Positions 52,560 to 64,000 of a DNA stretch of 64,000 nt are shown here, in pieces. Under the pieces are notes generated by a model. It ran no database searches and was not told the DNA's origin. It saw only the letters and a program-made list of their open reading frames with translations. The stretch's first letter is position 1, and each line of letters begins with the position of its first letter. Position numbers and translations under genes: made by a program. The DNA is from Octopus sinensis (taxonomy: Eukaryota): assembly GCF_006345805.1 (NCBI RefSeq), contig NC_043001.1, positions 101,308,001 to 101,372,000 on the forward strand. Reading direction: 5' to 3'.

Positions 52560-54300
52560 TACCTGAGTCATACAATATGGATTTCTTCTCTGCAAACCAC
52601 CTGCTGTTACGCTCTCCCTGAGTTTCTTTCCACTGGAATCATTCGCATAAAATCTTAGCAGCAAATATTTTGTTCCTTAGATTCTACTTTAAACTATACA
52701 ATTGACAAAACTAGATCTAACACCATCTTCTTTCCTAGTGTAGCTTTGGTGGTGCTTACTCTTGAAAACACTATTTCATTGCTTCAAGACATTTTGTCTC
52801 TAAGCAATGTCAATGCAGATTTTGACATATCTGTAAATCCCAGTTCATGAGTTGCATTCATAAGTGGTGCCAGTTTACACCAAAATTTTGACTGAACTGA
52901 AATTTCTTCAGGAAATATGCTTTCTCAATCAAATGCCAGCTGTTTGTACCATTGGTTTTCTATTTCTCTAGTTTTAGATTGATTAGGCAAAGCTGTAGGG
53001 AAAACAACAAAAGGTGGGTGAGAATGAAAATAATTCTTGGGGAAAACAGTTTAATCTTTTGAAGGATTTATTAATGTATGGTGCAAGAATTCTTCACAAA
53101 CCTGTCTCAAAAAGCTTAGGCAAATTTAATATAGTATTTTGTTGATCTTGAGAAATTTGATATTTTAATGATTAAAAGATTAGGGAACTCATATCCAATA
53201 TCAATAGGTTCTCACAAGAGGGACTAAATTTGTTCTAAAATTCATAAATAGTCGATGTAAAATTCTTCTTAGCACAGATACCACAAATCTACATAGTTTA
53301 TCTACATAGTTTATCACAAATCTACATAGTTTATTGCTGTGTGGTAAGAAGCTTGCTTTCTAACCACATGGATCCAGGTTCAGTCCCACTGTATGGTATT
53401 TTGGGCAAGTGTCTTCTACTATAGCCTTAGGCCAACCAAAGCCTTGTGAGTGGATTTGGTTGACAGAAACTGAAAGAAGCTCATCATAAAAATGTGAGTG
53501 TATGTATGTGTGTGAGAGAGAGAGTGAGTGCACGTGTGTTTGTATGTGTGTGTGTGTGTGTGTGTTTTTATGCGTGTTTGTTCCTTACCACTGCTTAACA
53601 GCCAGTGTTTACATCCCTGTAACTTAGCAATTTGGCAAAAGAGACTAATAGAATAAGTACCAACCATATAATAAAACACATTAACTCAACTAAAAATTCT
53701 TCATGATGCTGCCCCAGCATGGCCACACTCTACTGACTGAAACCAGAAAAATACAAGAGATAAAGACCTTAAAAAACTATGATCTACCATTTTTATCTAC
53801 TTTTTCTTTTTTGACCAGTAAATTAATTCTTAATGTCACCAAAGTTTAGAAACTCCATCTGTTGTATCAGTGAGACGATCTCTGATGTTAATCCCGATAT
53901 TGCTCAACAATTTGCTCGCAGCCTGATGCAACAGTCCATCTGCAGCATTTGCAATGAGAATTAACTCTGGCACAATTTTATTCTACCATTTATTACAATA
54001 TCCAGCATGCATGCAGAGAAGCTTTTTACAAGCAATATTAGTTGACTTATCCAAATTCAAGAAGACCTGACCATTATTATGTCATCAATTTGTTCATCCA
54101 GTAAGGAATGGAACAATAATTGTTTTTTTATAAGCACTGTACATTTGGTTCTATTCGGTTTCAAATTGGTTACAACAGATGATGAAAGAATTCTTTCATT
54201 AATAATAAGTTCTCCTAAATATTTGATGTGTGACAAGCTACAAATGCTGCTAACTGCAATTCTAATTTTGTTATTTTGCTTCTGAAAAAATGCTTAGATA
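52560..54300 (-). mobile_element. Fossil hAT transposase gene interrupted by a SINE
   Basis: Ordered motifs on the minus strand: ELQLAAFVACH (~54225-54270), RTKCTVLIK (~54135), LDKSTNIACKKLLC (~54010-54054, DESTD-like), TDGVSKL, KFW (~52880), VFSRVSTTK (~52750-52775). Confidence 0.65.
53335..53760 (+). mobile_element. SINE family A nested in the hAT fossil
   Basis: Head, microsatellite spacer and 3' half. Confidence 0.8.
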
Positions 54301-54929
54301 ATTTATTGAGAATTTCAGTTGATTACAGCATTATTTTGTTATGTTTAACTGATGAAGCATGCTTTATTAAATTAATATTGTAAGCTCATATTTCAACATT
54401 GCACACTTTACTTAAAGCTTTGTTGCTATTCTCGCTCTCTCTCTTTCTCTCTCTCTCTCTCTCCACTCTCTCTCCCCCCTCTCTTTCCCCCTCTTTCTCC
54501 CCCCTCTCTTTCCCCCTCTTTCTCCCCCCTACCCTCACCCTTCTATTTGAAAATTGATATCTGTTAGCCAGGATTTTTTTCAAGTATTTTGACTATTTGC
54601 TCATTGCAGAAATGGAGTTTTTGGAATAATCGAGATTTATTTGAAAAATAATTAGTTTGTTCAGACATGCATCATGTCTGAGTAACTCCTACCAACAACT
54701 TCTCATTCACTTAATTATGCCAGAGAGCCTCTTCGTGGTTTGTGAACATGCTAGAAATAGCTTGCCTTTCAAGAAATAGCAGCCAAGAAATAGCAGCCAA
54801 ATATTCTTTAGTGCATACCCTTCCATTTTAAATGAAGAACAGTACGTTGAAACAATTTTTATTATCCCTCTACCTTTAAGATAATGTATGAATCATCATC
54901 ATCATCATCATCATCATCATGAGTATTCT

Positions 54930-55330
54930 GTTTTGCTGTTTTACTTGTTTCAGTCATTTGACTGCGGCCATGCTGGAGCACCGCCTTTAGTCGAGCAAAT
55001 CAACCCCAGGACTTATTCTTTGTAAGCCTAGTACTTATTCTATTGGTCTCTTTTACTGAACTGCTAAGTTACGGGGACGTAAACACACCAGCATCGGTTG
55101 TCAAGCGATGTTGGGGGGACAAACACAGACACACAAACATATACACACACATACATATATATACATACATATATACGTCGGACTTCTTTCAGTTTCCATC
55201 TACCAAATCCACTCACAAGGCTTTGGTCGGCCCAAGGCTATAGTAGAAGACACTTGCCCAAGGTGCCACACAGTGGGACTGAACCTGGAACCACGTGGTT
55301 GGTAAGCAAGCTACTTACCACACAGCAACT
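54930..55330 (-). mobile_element. SINE family A, complete, low divergence
   Basis: Full-length reverse complement of family A. Confidence 0.9.
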
Positions 55331-55824
55331 CCTACACCTATTCATATGAATTTATTGATAAACATTTTGCCCAGCATCAGTATGAACCCAATCTCTTGAG
55401 ACAAACTTTTGTCAAACTCTTCTTATGTCAATGCTTACCAGTCAGTATTTCAGGGTTGGACTCAACCATTCTGTAACACATGTGAATGCCATGACTATAT
55501 ATTAATCACTTATAAATTAGCAAAGCGTTTGGAGTTGAAAATTAATTTTATACTGAATTCATGACGAAAATATTTTTAAAATTTCATACAGCTGTAGATT
55601 AATTAAACAATATGTTTATTACATGTAACGTAATTTCTGGTGCTGTAGCAGCTATTGTATGAAGTGATCAGCATTAAATAATCAATAACGTAACGAATTC
55701 CAATGGTTAGTAAAACTTCATAGAATTTCACATTACTGGTTTTTCTCTGTATTTATGCATAACTTTTGTGAACAGCACTGGTGGTTTGTGTATCAAGTCA
55801 TTTAAAGACATATTAGTTATAGTG

Positions 55825-56385
55825 GCAAGTTGGCGGAAACATTAGCATGCCGGGCAAAATGCTTAGTGGTATTCCATCTGCCGTTTTGTTCTGAGTTCAA
55901 ATTCCGCCGAGGTTGACTTTGCCTTTCATCCTTTCAGGGTCGATTAAATAAGTACCAGTTAGGCACTGGGGTCGATGTAATGAACTTAATCCCTTTGTCT
56001 GTCCTTGTTTATCCCCTCTGTGTTTAGCCCCCTGTGGGTAATAAATAAATAAATATATATGTATACTCTTTGAGGGCAGCAAGCTGGCAGAAACATTATC
56101 CCCTCTATGTTTAGAGGGGATAACGTTTATGTTATCCCCTCTATATTTTGCCCCTTGTGGGCAATAAAGAAATAAGAAATGTTAGCACGCTGGGCAAAAT
56201 GCTTAGCAGTATTTCATCTGCCATTACGTTCTGAGTTTAAATTCCACCAAGGTCGACTTTGCCTTTCAATCCTTTTGGGGTCGATTAAATAAGTACACTG
56301 GGGTCAATGTAATCGACTTAATCCCTTTGTCTGTCCTTGTTTGTCACCTCTATCTTTAGACCCCTGTGGGCAATAAGGAGAAATA
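55825..56385 (+). mobile_element. Cluster of SINE family B copies (two full, one internally rearranged)
   Basis: Copies at about 55825-56050, 56075-56180 and 56175-56385. Confidence 0.8.
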
Positions 56386-56611
56386 AATATTTATAGCGTC
56401 TCCATAATTTCTTTCTTCCAGCATTCTGCATTCATAATATAAAAAGAGTCAAAATATTTAAGATTATTGTAAAGAAGAATTGATTTAATTGGTGTATATA
56501 TATTACCTGCTGGCCCCAAATATAGCATTGATATAAATGTTCAAATAAAACAGAACAGTCGCAAATTGTAAACATCTGAAATTTTTAAGTAGCTGCAATG
56601 AAAAAAAAATA

Positions 56612-59070
56612 ATAATAATAATGTTCGTCCTTCGGGTTCGAAGATGACCATTGACATCATTTGGTGGAATTGCTGCTATGAGACCGGAGGTGGCTGGTGA
56701 GGCCTATCCGGGCAAGAAAGCCCCTCCCACAGGTGGGGCAGAAGTGGGTAGGGGCTGTGCTATTGGTGCAGGTGGCTCTGGCTTTCCGCATCTGGCGTTT
56801 CTGTTCTGCTGACTGGATCCGTCTCTCCTTGGCTGTCTTTGCTCCTGTGGTGATTGCGCCAGGATGAGCGGTTGGCAGCAAGTGTCTCCCAAGTCTCTGT
56901 GCCGATGGAGAAGTCCTTGAGAGAGACTTTGAGACTGTCCTTGAAGCGCTTCTTTTGCCCTCTGACTTTTCGTTTGCCCTGGCTGAGTTCACCGTAGAAG
57001 AGCTGTTTTGGGATGCGAGTGTCGGACATGCGGGAGACGTGGCCTGCCCATCTCAGCTGGGCCTTGCGCATCATCGTGATGGTGCTAGGGAGATCTGCCT
57101 GCTTCAGAACTTCCGTGTCTGGGACTTTCTCCTGCCAGCGGATGTGAAGGAGGTTCCGAAGACACCTGAGGTGGAAGTGGTTTATCTGGCGCTCGTGCCT
57201 TCGGTAAGCAGTCCATGTCTCGCAGCCGTATAGTAGGGTGGTAAGCACGACTGCCCGGTAGACTTTCAGCTTGGTGTTGAGGCTGATTCCCTCCGCTCCC
57301 AGACTTTCTTTCACAGTCTCCCAAATGCGCTGCTTGCCTTGGAGATTCTGTTGATGATTTCAGCATCTATGTTGGCATTGCAGGAGAGAGTGCTGCCCAG
57401 GTAGGTGAAGTTTTCCACCGCTCATAGGATCTGTCCATTCACCTTTATCTGAGGCTCATGGTATTGTTTGCCGGGGGCTGGCTGAAACATCACTTTGGTT
57501 TTCTTGACACTGATGGTGAGACCGAAGTTGTCACAGGCTGATGAGAACCTGTCCATCCCGAGCTGCATCTCCTGCTCATCGATTGCATTAAGGGCGCAGT
57601 CGTCAGCAAAGAGAAAGTCTCTGATGACTGTCTCCCTCCCCTTTGTGACGGCCTGCAATCTTCTAGAGTTGAAAAATTTCCCGAGTCATGCAGAGGTGGG
57701 GCCGCCCGACTTGAACACTTCTGCAGGGATGGCGTCAGAGCCAGGAGCTTTGCCGGTGGACATTTTTTTGATGGCTCTGCTCACTTCCTCGACTGCAGGG
57801 GGAACAGCCAGCTCATGGTTTGTCAGCACCTGGGGGAGTTGTGTGATGACACCACCTGTACGGCAAAGAAGGCTGCTTTCAACAACATTCACAGCACAGT
57901 CCGGGCGTTAAAGTCCCCAAGGAGGATGAGCTTCCCAGGCTGGGCTGACGTGATGAGGGAGTCGAGTTCCTCATAGAACCTGTCCTTAACTTCTTCAGGG
58001 TTGGTCATGGTGGGGGCGTAAGCGCTGATGATGGTCACACTAGTCTTGTTTCCAAGTGGGAGCTGCATCTTCATCAGCCGATCGTTGATACCCTTGGGGG
58101 AGCTTTCCAGTTTCTGCACGTGTACTGACTTGATGGCAAAACCAACACCAGCCTCACGACGCTCTTTGCTGCTGCGACCACTCCAAAAGAAAGTGTAGCC
58201 GCCGCCTGTCTCTGTCAGTTGGCCTTTGTCCGCAAGGCGGGTCTCGCTCAGTGCTGCGATATCAACATTGTATTGGCTCAGTTCTCTGGCCACCAGGGCA
58301 GTTCGTCTCTCTGGTCTGTCCGCTTTGGTGTTGTCAAGCAGAGTTCTCACGTTCCAAGTTGCGAAAGTGAGCACCTCTGTTTGTTTTCTTTTTTTGTTTC
58401 GACCGCTTGGAAAGGATCCCCACCAGTCACGGTTTGCTGACCAGGGTGAGGTGAGGCAGGCTATGTTTAGGGCAACCTTTTCTAGCCCCGTCCTCATGCT
58501 GCGGAGGCGAGCAGAGCGATCCTGAAGAGGGCTGCTCGGTCACTCAGGAGGCTGCTGGACTCCACTGCTGTCTCAGTTCAGTGAGGGCGACCACATGTCC
58601 TGAGCCGCCTGTGGGTGGGTTCACGACTGCAGCTCCCAGTGTATCCTCACCTGCTACTTCGCCATTTCCCCATCACCACAGGACTTTGTGATGTTGGTGT
58701 CATGATGTCATGACTTGCGCGTGACTTGGATTATAGTGAGGGTGACTTGCACAGGATAAGCCTCACTCTCTCATCCTTGACAAGACGGCTGGGGGTAGAC
58801 CAGGATGCAGGAGCTGCCGGAAGGTGGCATGCATGGCACAATCCAACTGCCTTAGGGGCTACACTCTGGATTTATGTAGGTTTTTGGATGGCCATTGACT
58901 CATGAGAGAGTTCCTCTGCCCTTTGACAGGTTTTGTTTTTAGTCCTGCTGGGTGTCCAAATCACCCTCCTTACCAAGAAATCTTGGTGGGGTTGCCAGTT
59001 TAGTTGCTAACGACCCGACCATGTAACAGGTTGTACTGGGTTACATGTTACCAGTAGCTCCAAGCGGAGA
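56612..59070 (-). mobile_element. RTE-clade (BovB-like) LINE with both ends retained, internally deleted and rearranged, inactive
   Basis: APE domain (TFATWNVRTL, AALSETR, SAYAPT, GDFNAR), [39 protein letters not shown]-terminal CPTCGR..GLTSHLRSH, 3' UTR plus (ATT)n tail, long 5' UTR. Stops and frameshifts are present. Confidence 0.92.
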
Positions 59071-59355
59071 CCTGACACATAATAATATCGTTATATGGAA
59101 TAGCAATATAAGGTGATATAACCTGTGGCCCAATTTGGTGATTCCTTGCCAAAACTTTACCTCTCTTTAATACTTCTCACCTATTCTGTTTTCAAATATC
59201 ATCAAGGATATCTTCACCTCAACTCTACGGTTACAAAGTTATTTATTTATCTATTTATCTATATACTTGCCTTCTAACTCACTTCTCCCTGTCTGTCTGT
59301 CTGTCTGTCTCTTTTCTCTTTCCCTCTCTCTCTCTTCATTTATACATATATACTG

Positions 59356-59386
<31 letters not shown>

Positions 59387-59599
59387 CGTGTGTGTTTGTA
59401 TGTATGTGTGTGCATATATAAATATATATATATACACACACATATATAGTGTGTGTATTTGTATGCCTGTACGTATGTATATATGTATAAGTATATATCA
59501 TCAAGGATGATGATGATGGTGTGTGTGTGTGTGTGTGTGCATGCATGTGTGTGCGCGTGATTTTGTGTAGCTATTTATGTTTCTAACTTCAATATTCTG

Positions 59600-60100
59600 A
59601 ATATAAAGCCAACAGTTTCAGCTTCCCTTAAAAATATCATTATCTACAAAATGTCAATTGTATATTATCTCGTCAACATAGCTCATTAGTAGATACACAC
59701 AGATGATATATTACCCTAGAAATTGACTAGGCAATGTATATCTGAAGATCTATGAGATAGAGAATAACTATAAAACAATTCAGTAGAGACAAATACAGAA
59801 ACATAATCAGCACTGGGCAGCTGATCTTATCTAGGAAGAAGAAGAAGCAGCCATTGTTCTGATATAATTTAACTAACATATTTATAATATTCAAAATATA
59901 TAGCTATATTTTCAATAAATATTTCAAGAAAAATTAGAAAAGAAAGTCCAGTTATATCTTTTGTTTTAATATTCTCGTAATTATATTCCATATTATGTGT
60001 AAATTTATTTATTAAGTTATTTATGTCAACAGTTGTTTTATATTTTAATATATTGCATAGTTCAATGTATTTCGTTATTATTGATGAGTTAAACATAATT
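59600..60100 (-). mobile_element. Decayed Penelope-like RT
   Basis: FLEIFIENIAIYFE, KLYQNNG (59851-59870) and YVDE (59669-59680) in PLE RT order. Confidence 0.45.
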
Positions 60101-60249
60101 CCTCAGAAACTTACTCATCGTAATTATATGGTACTTTCTAATAAGGTCGCTAAGCATTGCTAATACCACTGGTACACTTATTATTGATTATCAGATGATA
60201 ATAAGTGACAGAATCAACAGAACGTTGGCTGTAAGGTAGGAAGGTATTC

Positions 60250-61260
60250 AGTTACAATTTTCCATAAAATGGTTCAAATGATGCTAAGGTCAGCTTCTGG
60301 GCTCAATAAGGGAAAAGTCACCTTGCATGTCAAACCTTTACTTTAGCCATATTGAGCTCCAGATCTTAGCCCTGTTTACTGGACCTTCCTCTAAATCCTA
60401 TGGTTGATCATTGATCACCAAAGGTAATTATACTGGCATTTCAGTTCTCAACCATCTTTAGGATTTACTTCTATAATACCTGATACTTCCTCAATATCCT
60501 TGTCTCTATCTTAAGCCTCAATGTTTTACCCCAGCTTCACCATAATTCCATTGATTTGCACTCTTACCTTGACTTCTCCTCATTCTTTTCATCATACTGT
60601 CATCTCATTTTCACAATTTCTTTGACTACATCATCTGTGACATAAAATCTAATGAAAGGCACCATTTATTTCTTCCTCCCTCAGTGTTATTCCTTTCTGT
60701 TTGACAACTTCATACTCCAAAGAATCCAAACCGTTGCCAGACCCTCCGTATTACTAACCCAAATATACACAATTGAAGACAGAATCTCCTTTTCTATTGT
60801 CTTTCACCCATCCACCTTGCCTCTTCAGTGGTCCATTATCTCCAGATTTCATCATTGTTTTTGTTAACCCTTTAACTGTTCTGGTCTTTTCTCCTCCTTT
60901 CTAATGCACAAAGGACAAAGACATCATGTAAGCAAGCAAGCCAAAGCTCTCTTGCTTTTGTAATTCCTCTGTAGTAGTGATTGAAACTTCAACCATTAGA
61001 TAATCAGTCAAACACCTCAATGGAACCACCACAGTTTCATGAGACTGGTCTAATATACAACCAGCATGAAGCTGTGGTGTGATGTGATTTTCTAGAATAT
61101 TCTTTCTTGTACGCTTAAAAACCATTTGCATCTCAATTAATTACAGGGTGTTGAAGGCAGCTGACTGTTTCATGTGTTTCCACTCTTGCCATGGCCACCT
61201 GCACTGACATCTTCAGGCTTTCAGACAGCAAACCCATCCTGGCATGGTGCCTGTATTTTT
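60250..61260 (-). mobile_element. Very decayed RTE endonuclease/linker region
   Basis: GGHGKSGN, VFKRTRK..HIT and VVVPLRCLTDYLMV echo RTE endonuclease motifs in order. Confidence 0.3.
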
Positions 61261-61939
61261 GAGTTTTCTTTTCCTGGTTTAGAGCGGTGGCTCTGAACTA
61301 CATTTTGTCAATGAACTTTTCTGATTCTTATTTTATCAAACCAGAACCCAATAGACATTTGAAACCCATAAACATTTGACATTTTAAAATGTCCCATTAT
61401 ATGCTTATAATTAAATATCATTAAGAACTGTATAAAAGCATTGTTAGAATATTTTGCGCATTGTAACAATGTGACCCCTCTTTTGTAGATAAAATTGATC
61501 AACTGAACCTTATATGGACTCCTCATGGCTCATGTGGACCCCAGTTGGAAACCACTGGTTTAAAAGAAACAGCACCATCCAAGACTTTCTCAGTCATTCC
61601 ATGACCAATAATAACGATGCAAATAGAATCTCTTTAAAACAATGGTAAATCAACAGAATGATGATGGACGGCAGAATTAGTAAAATGCAATTCCATAACC
61701 CCTTTGGGCTCTGAATTTAAATTCCACCAGATCCCATTTTGCTTGTCTTTATTCTGGAATCATTGAAAGATTTGTGTGCAGCAGACAATTAGATCCAGTC
61801 TAGTTCTTTGGGTGAAATCTGTGGTTTTGTTCAAAAGTTAGTAATGCAGTAGAACCTTGGTTCCGTCATCATTATCATCGTTGTCGCCATCGTCATCATC
61901 ATCATTTAACGTCAGTCTTCTATGCTGGAATGGGTTTGA

Positions 61940-62520
61940 GGATTTAATTCATTCCTGGTGGCCGTTTGTCACCCAAAACATTCGTAAACCAAAACTATTT
62001 TTCTCATGCAAAATTCAAGAGAAGGAATGGTGAATTCAACGATGCATGTGCACTGAGTGAAAGGTGGACAGCAACTGAGGTTCTCCTCCCACTAATACTC
62101 TCAGCTTGTCTCCAGCTGTTGCTGCTAGTTTGGATGGTCATTATTTGGAACACCATTCATCACCCGAGATGTTTCCTGTTTGAAAAGTTGTTCATAAACT
62201 GATTTGTTTGTGATGAGAGGCATCGATAAACCCAGGTTCCTCTCTACATAATGCATTCATTTAATTTCCTCGGGGGTGACCACTGTGACTTACAAGTCAG
62301 ATTGTTTCGTGTGGAAATTCGATGCTACCTGAGCAAAACCTACCACTTCTTGCTTAAGTGTACATCATTGTTACTGCTGGAAGAAAGGTACATAATTAGC
62401 CCCATCATCTGAACACCTCCATCCCAGATTTACAATTTTAGTTTAATTCTTTAGAATTATACCATTTTCTGAAATGTGAGACAGCGAAGCTCCTGTCGAA
62501 AGTGGCCCCATAAGATTATC
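61940..62520 (-). mobile_element. Very decayed mariner-like transposase
   Basis: WEENLSCCPPFTQ..EFTIPSL weakly resembles WEVLxHPPYSP..DFHLFRSL. Confidence 0.3.
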
Positions 62521-62609
62521 ACATTACACAGCAAATGCATTCGCTTTGCATGGATGGTGCTACATGTGTAACAGAGAAGAGTGCAGTGTCACAAACAGTC
62601 TATCAAATA

Positions 62610-62762
62610 TAAACCCTGTAAAGTGGTTGGCGTTATGATGGGCATCCAGCTGTAGAAACTGAGCCAAAAACAGACAAATGAAGCCTGGTGTGGTCTCTGG
62701 CCTTGCTAGTTCCTGTCAAGCCATCCAAAACCCATGCCAGCATGGTAAAATGATGATGATGA
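62610..62762 (+). mobile_element. Family G retroposon 3' part
   Basis: GGCATCCAGCTGTAGAAAC...CCCATGCCAGCATGG...(GAT)n. Confidence 0.75.
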
Positions 62763-63499
62763 AGCCTGTGTTGATCTGACTTGAAATTACAATGTTGATG
62801 ATGGTGACAACTATGACTATGATGATGACGATGATGATGATGATCATCATCATCATCATTGTCATCAGGAAGACTGCAGCAACAATAAACAAAGTGATCT
62901 TGTTGAATGCGTTGGTTGCAAATAAAATAATTAGTATAACAGGACATTGACACAACAGTGAGTTAAGGCTGAGACAGGAAATTGATTTTGTGGTTATTTT
63001 TCATAGATTTCCTCACTTGCATGAGCAAAAAAAAACAAAAGAAAATTTGACGCATTAAAACCTATGTTTTTATTGTTGTTTTTATTCATATTATTTGTTT
63101 AGAGATATTTTTTCTTTTTCCTACCATTTTTTTTTTTCATTCTGTTTTCCATCCTGGCATAGTCAGGAGATAACGGAATATTTCAAACATTTGCATAGGA
63201 ATGGTTTCTTTCATCCTTCTTAATCCTATTCCTAAAGACTAATCTACAGAAACAGCCAAATTACACCCATCCCACCAAGATAAACACACACACACACACA
63301 CACACACATGTATATATATATATATTACTTTTTTAGCTTTTATTTGTTTCATTCATTAGAATATGGCCAAGCTGGGGCAGTGCCTTGAAGAATTTTTAGC
63401 TAAATGAATTAAATCCAGTACTTTTTTCTTAAGCATTGTTCATATTCTATCAGTGTTGAGGGCTTATATATATATATATATATATATGTATGGAAATTA

Positions 63500-63900
63500 A
63501 ATATAAAATATAAATTACAAAGTGGGACAAGAACGCAAAAACACACAAGGAGACGACACAAAAAAACAGACGGGTCACTCGAAGCCTCTAATCTTCAGTC
63601 GGGAACCAGATCATCTTAGTAATTTCGGCTGTTTAATCTCGATATTACTCCGACCCGGCCAGCCCCAAGGAAAAACCAAGCCACAGGCATTGGATTTCTT
63701 GGAAAGAGGGTCGAATGTATACAGAACAAAGACAGGATGCCACACGAATATAAATACTAGAAACAAAAATATATATAAAAAACAGAAATAAAAAACACGA
63801 ATGACTTTAGACAATTTTTAACTTATCTTGGCTGGCGTATATGAAAAAAGCCTTCAACGGCAAAAACAAAAACAACGTGAGCATGGCCGCGGTCAGGCCG
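63500..63900 (-). mobile_element. PLE-pLTR-like element inserted after (TA)n
   Basis: Shares its layout with the 20390-20700 insert (CAAAGTGGGACAAGAACGC head, TCTTCAGTC..CCAGA...TTTCGGCTG...GCCCCAAGGAAAAAC..AGC...GCATT.GA). Confidence 0.5.
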
Positions 63901-64000
63901 AAATGACCAGTTTGAACGCGGTCATGTGAGATATATATTTATAGTGAGTGACAGATATTCTCTATATAGAATACACTTCGTAGTGCTCAAGAGGTTTAAA

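Overview
This is AT-rich, repeat-saturated eukaryotic DNA that is intronic or intergenic. The SINE families and microsatellite load match what I recall of octopus (coleoid cephalopod) genomes; that assignment is an inference. I recognise no intact host protein-coding gene, rRNA, functional tRNA or CRISPR array, and nearly all listed ORFs are microsatellite or transposon artefacts. The window holds at least four SINE-like families, RTE/RTE-X LINE remnants (including a near full-length but internally rearranged RTE at 56.6-59.1 kb), decayed hAT and mariner transposases, piggyBac/hAT MITEs and several Penelope-like element (PLE) remnants (RT and GIY-YIG). The most interesting signal is a set of hammerhead-ribozyme (HHR) cores in non-autonomous elements. 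One is a tRNA-headed element with an HHR-bearing tail, present as a head-to-head inverted dimer at 24.86-25.37 kb, with a compensatory stem I change between the two arms. Others are a minimal HHR at 8.5 kb and circularly permuted HHR-like cores at 6.2, 20.5, 46.5 and 63.6 kb. All calls were made by eye and none was checked by database search or folding software.
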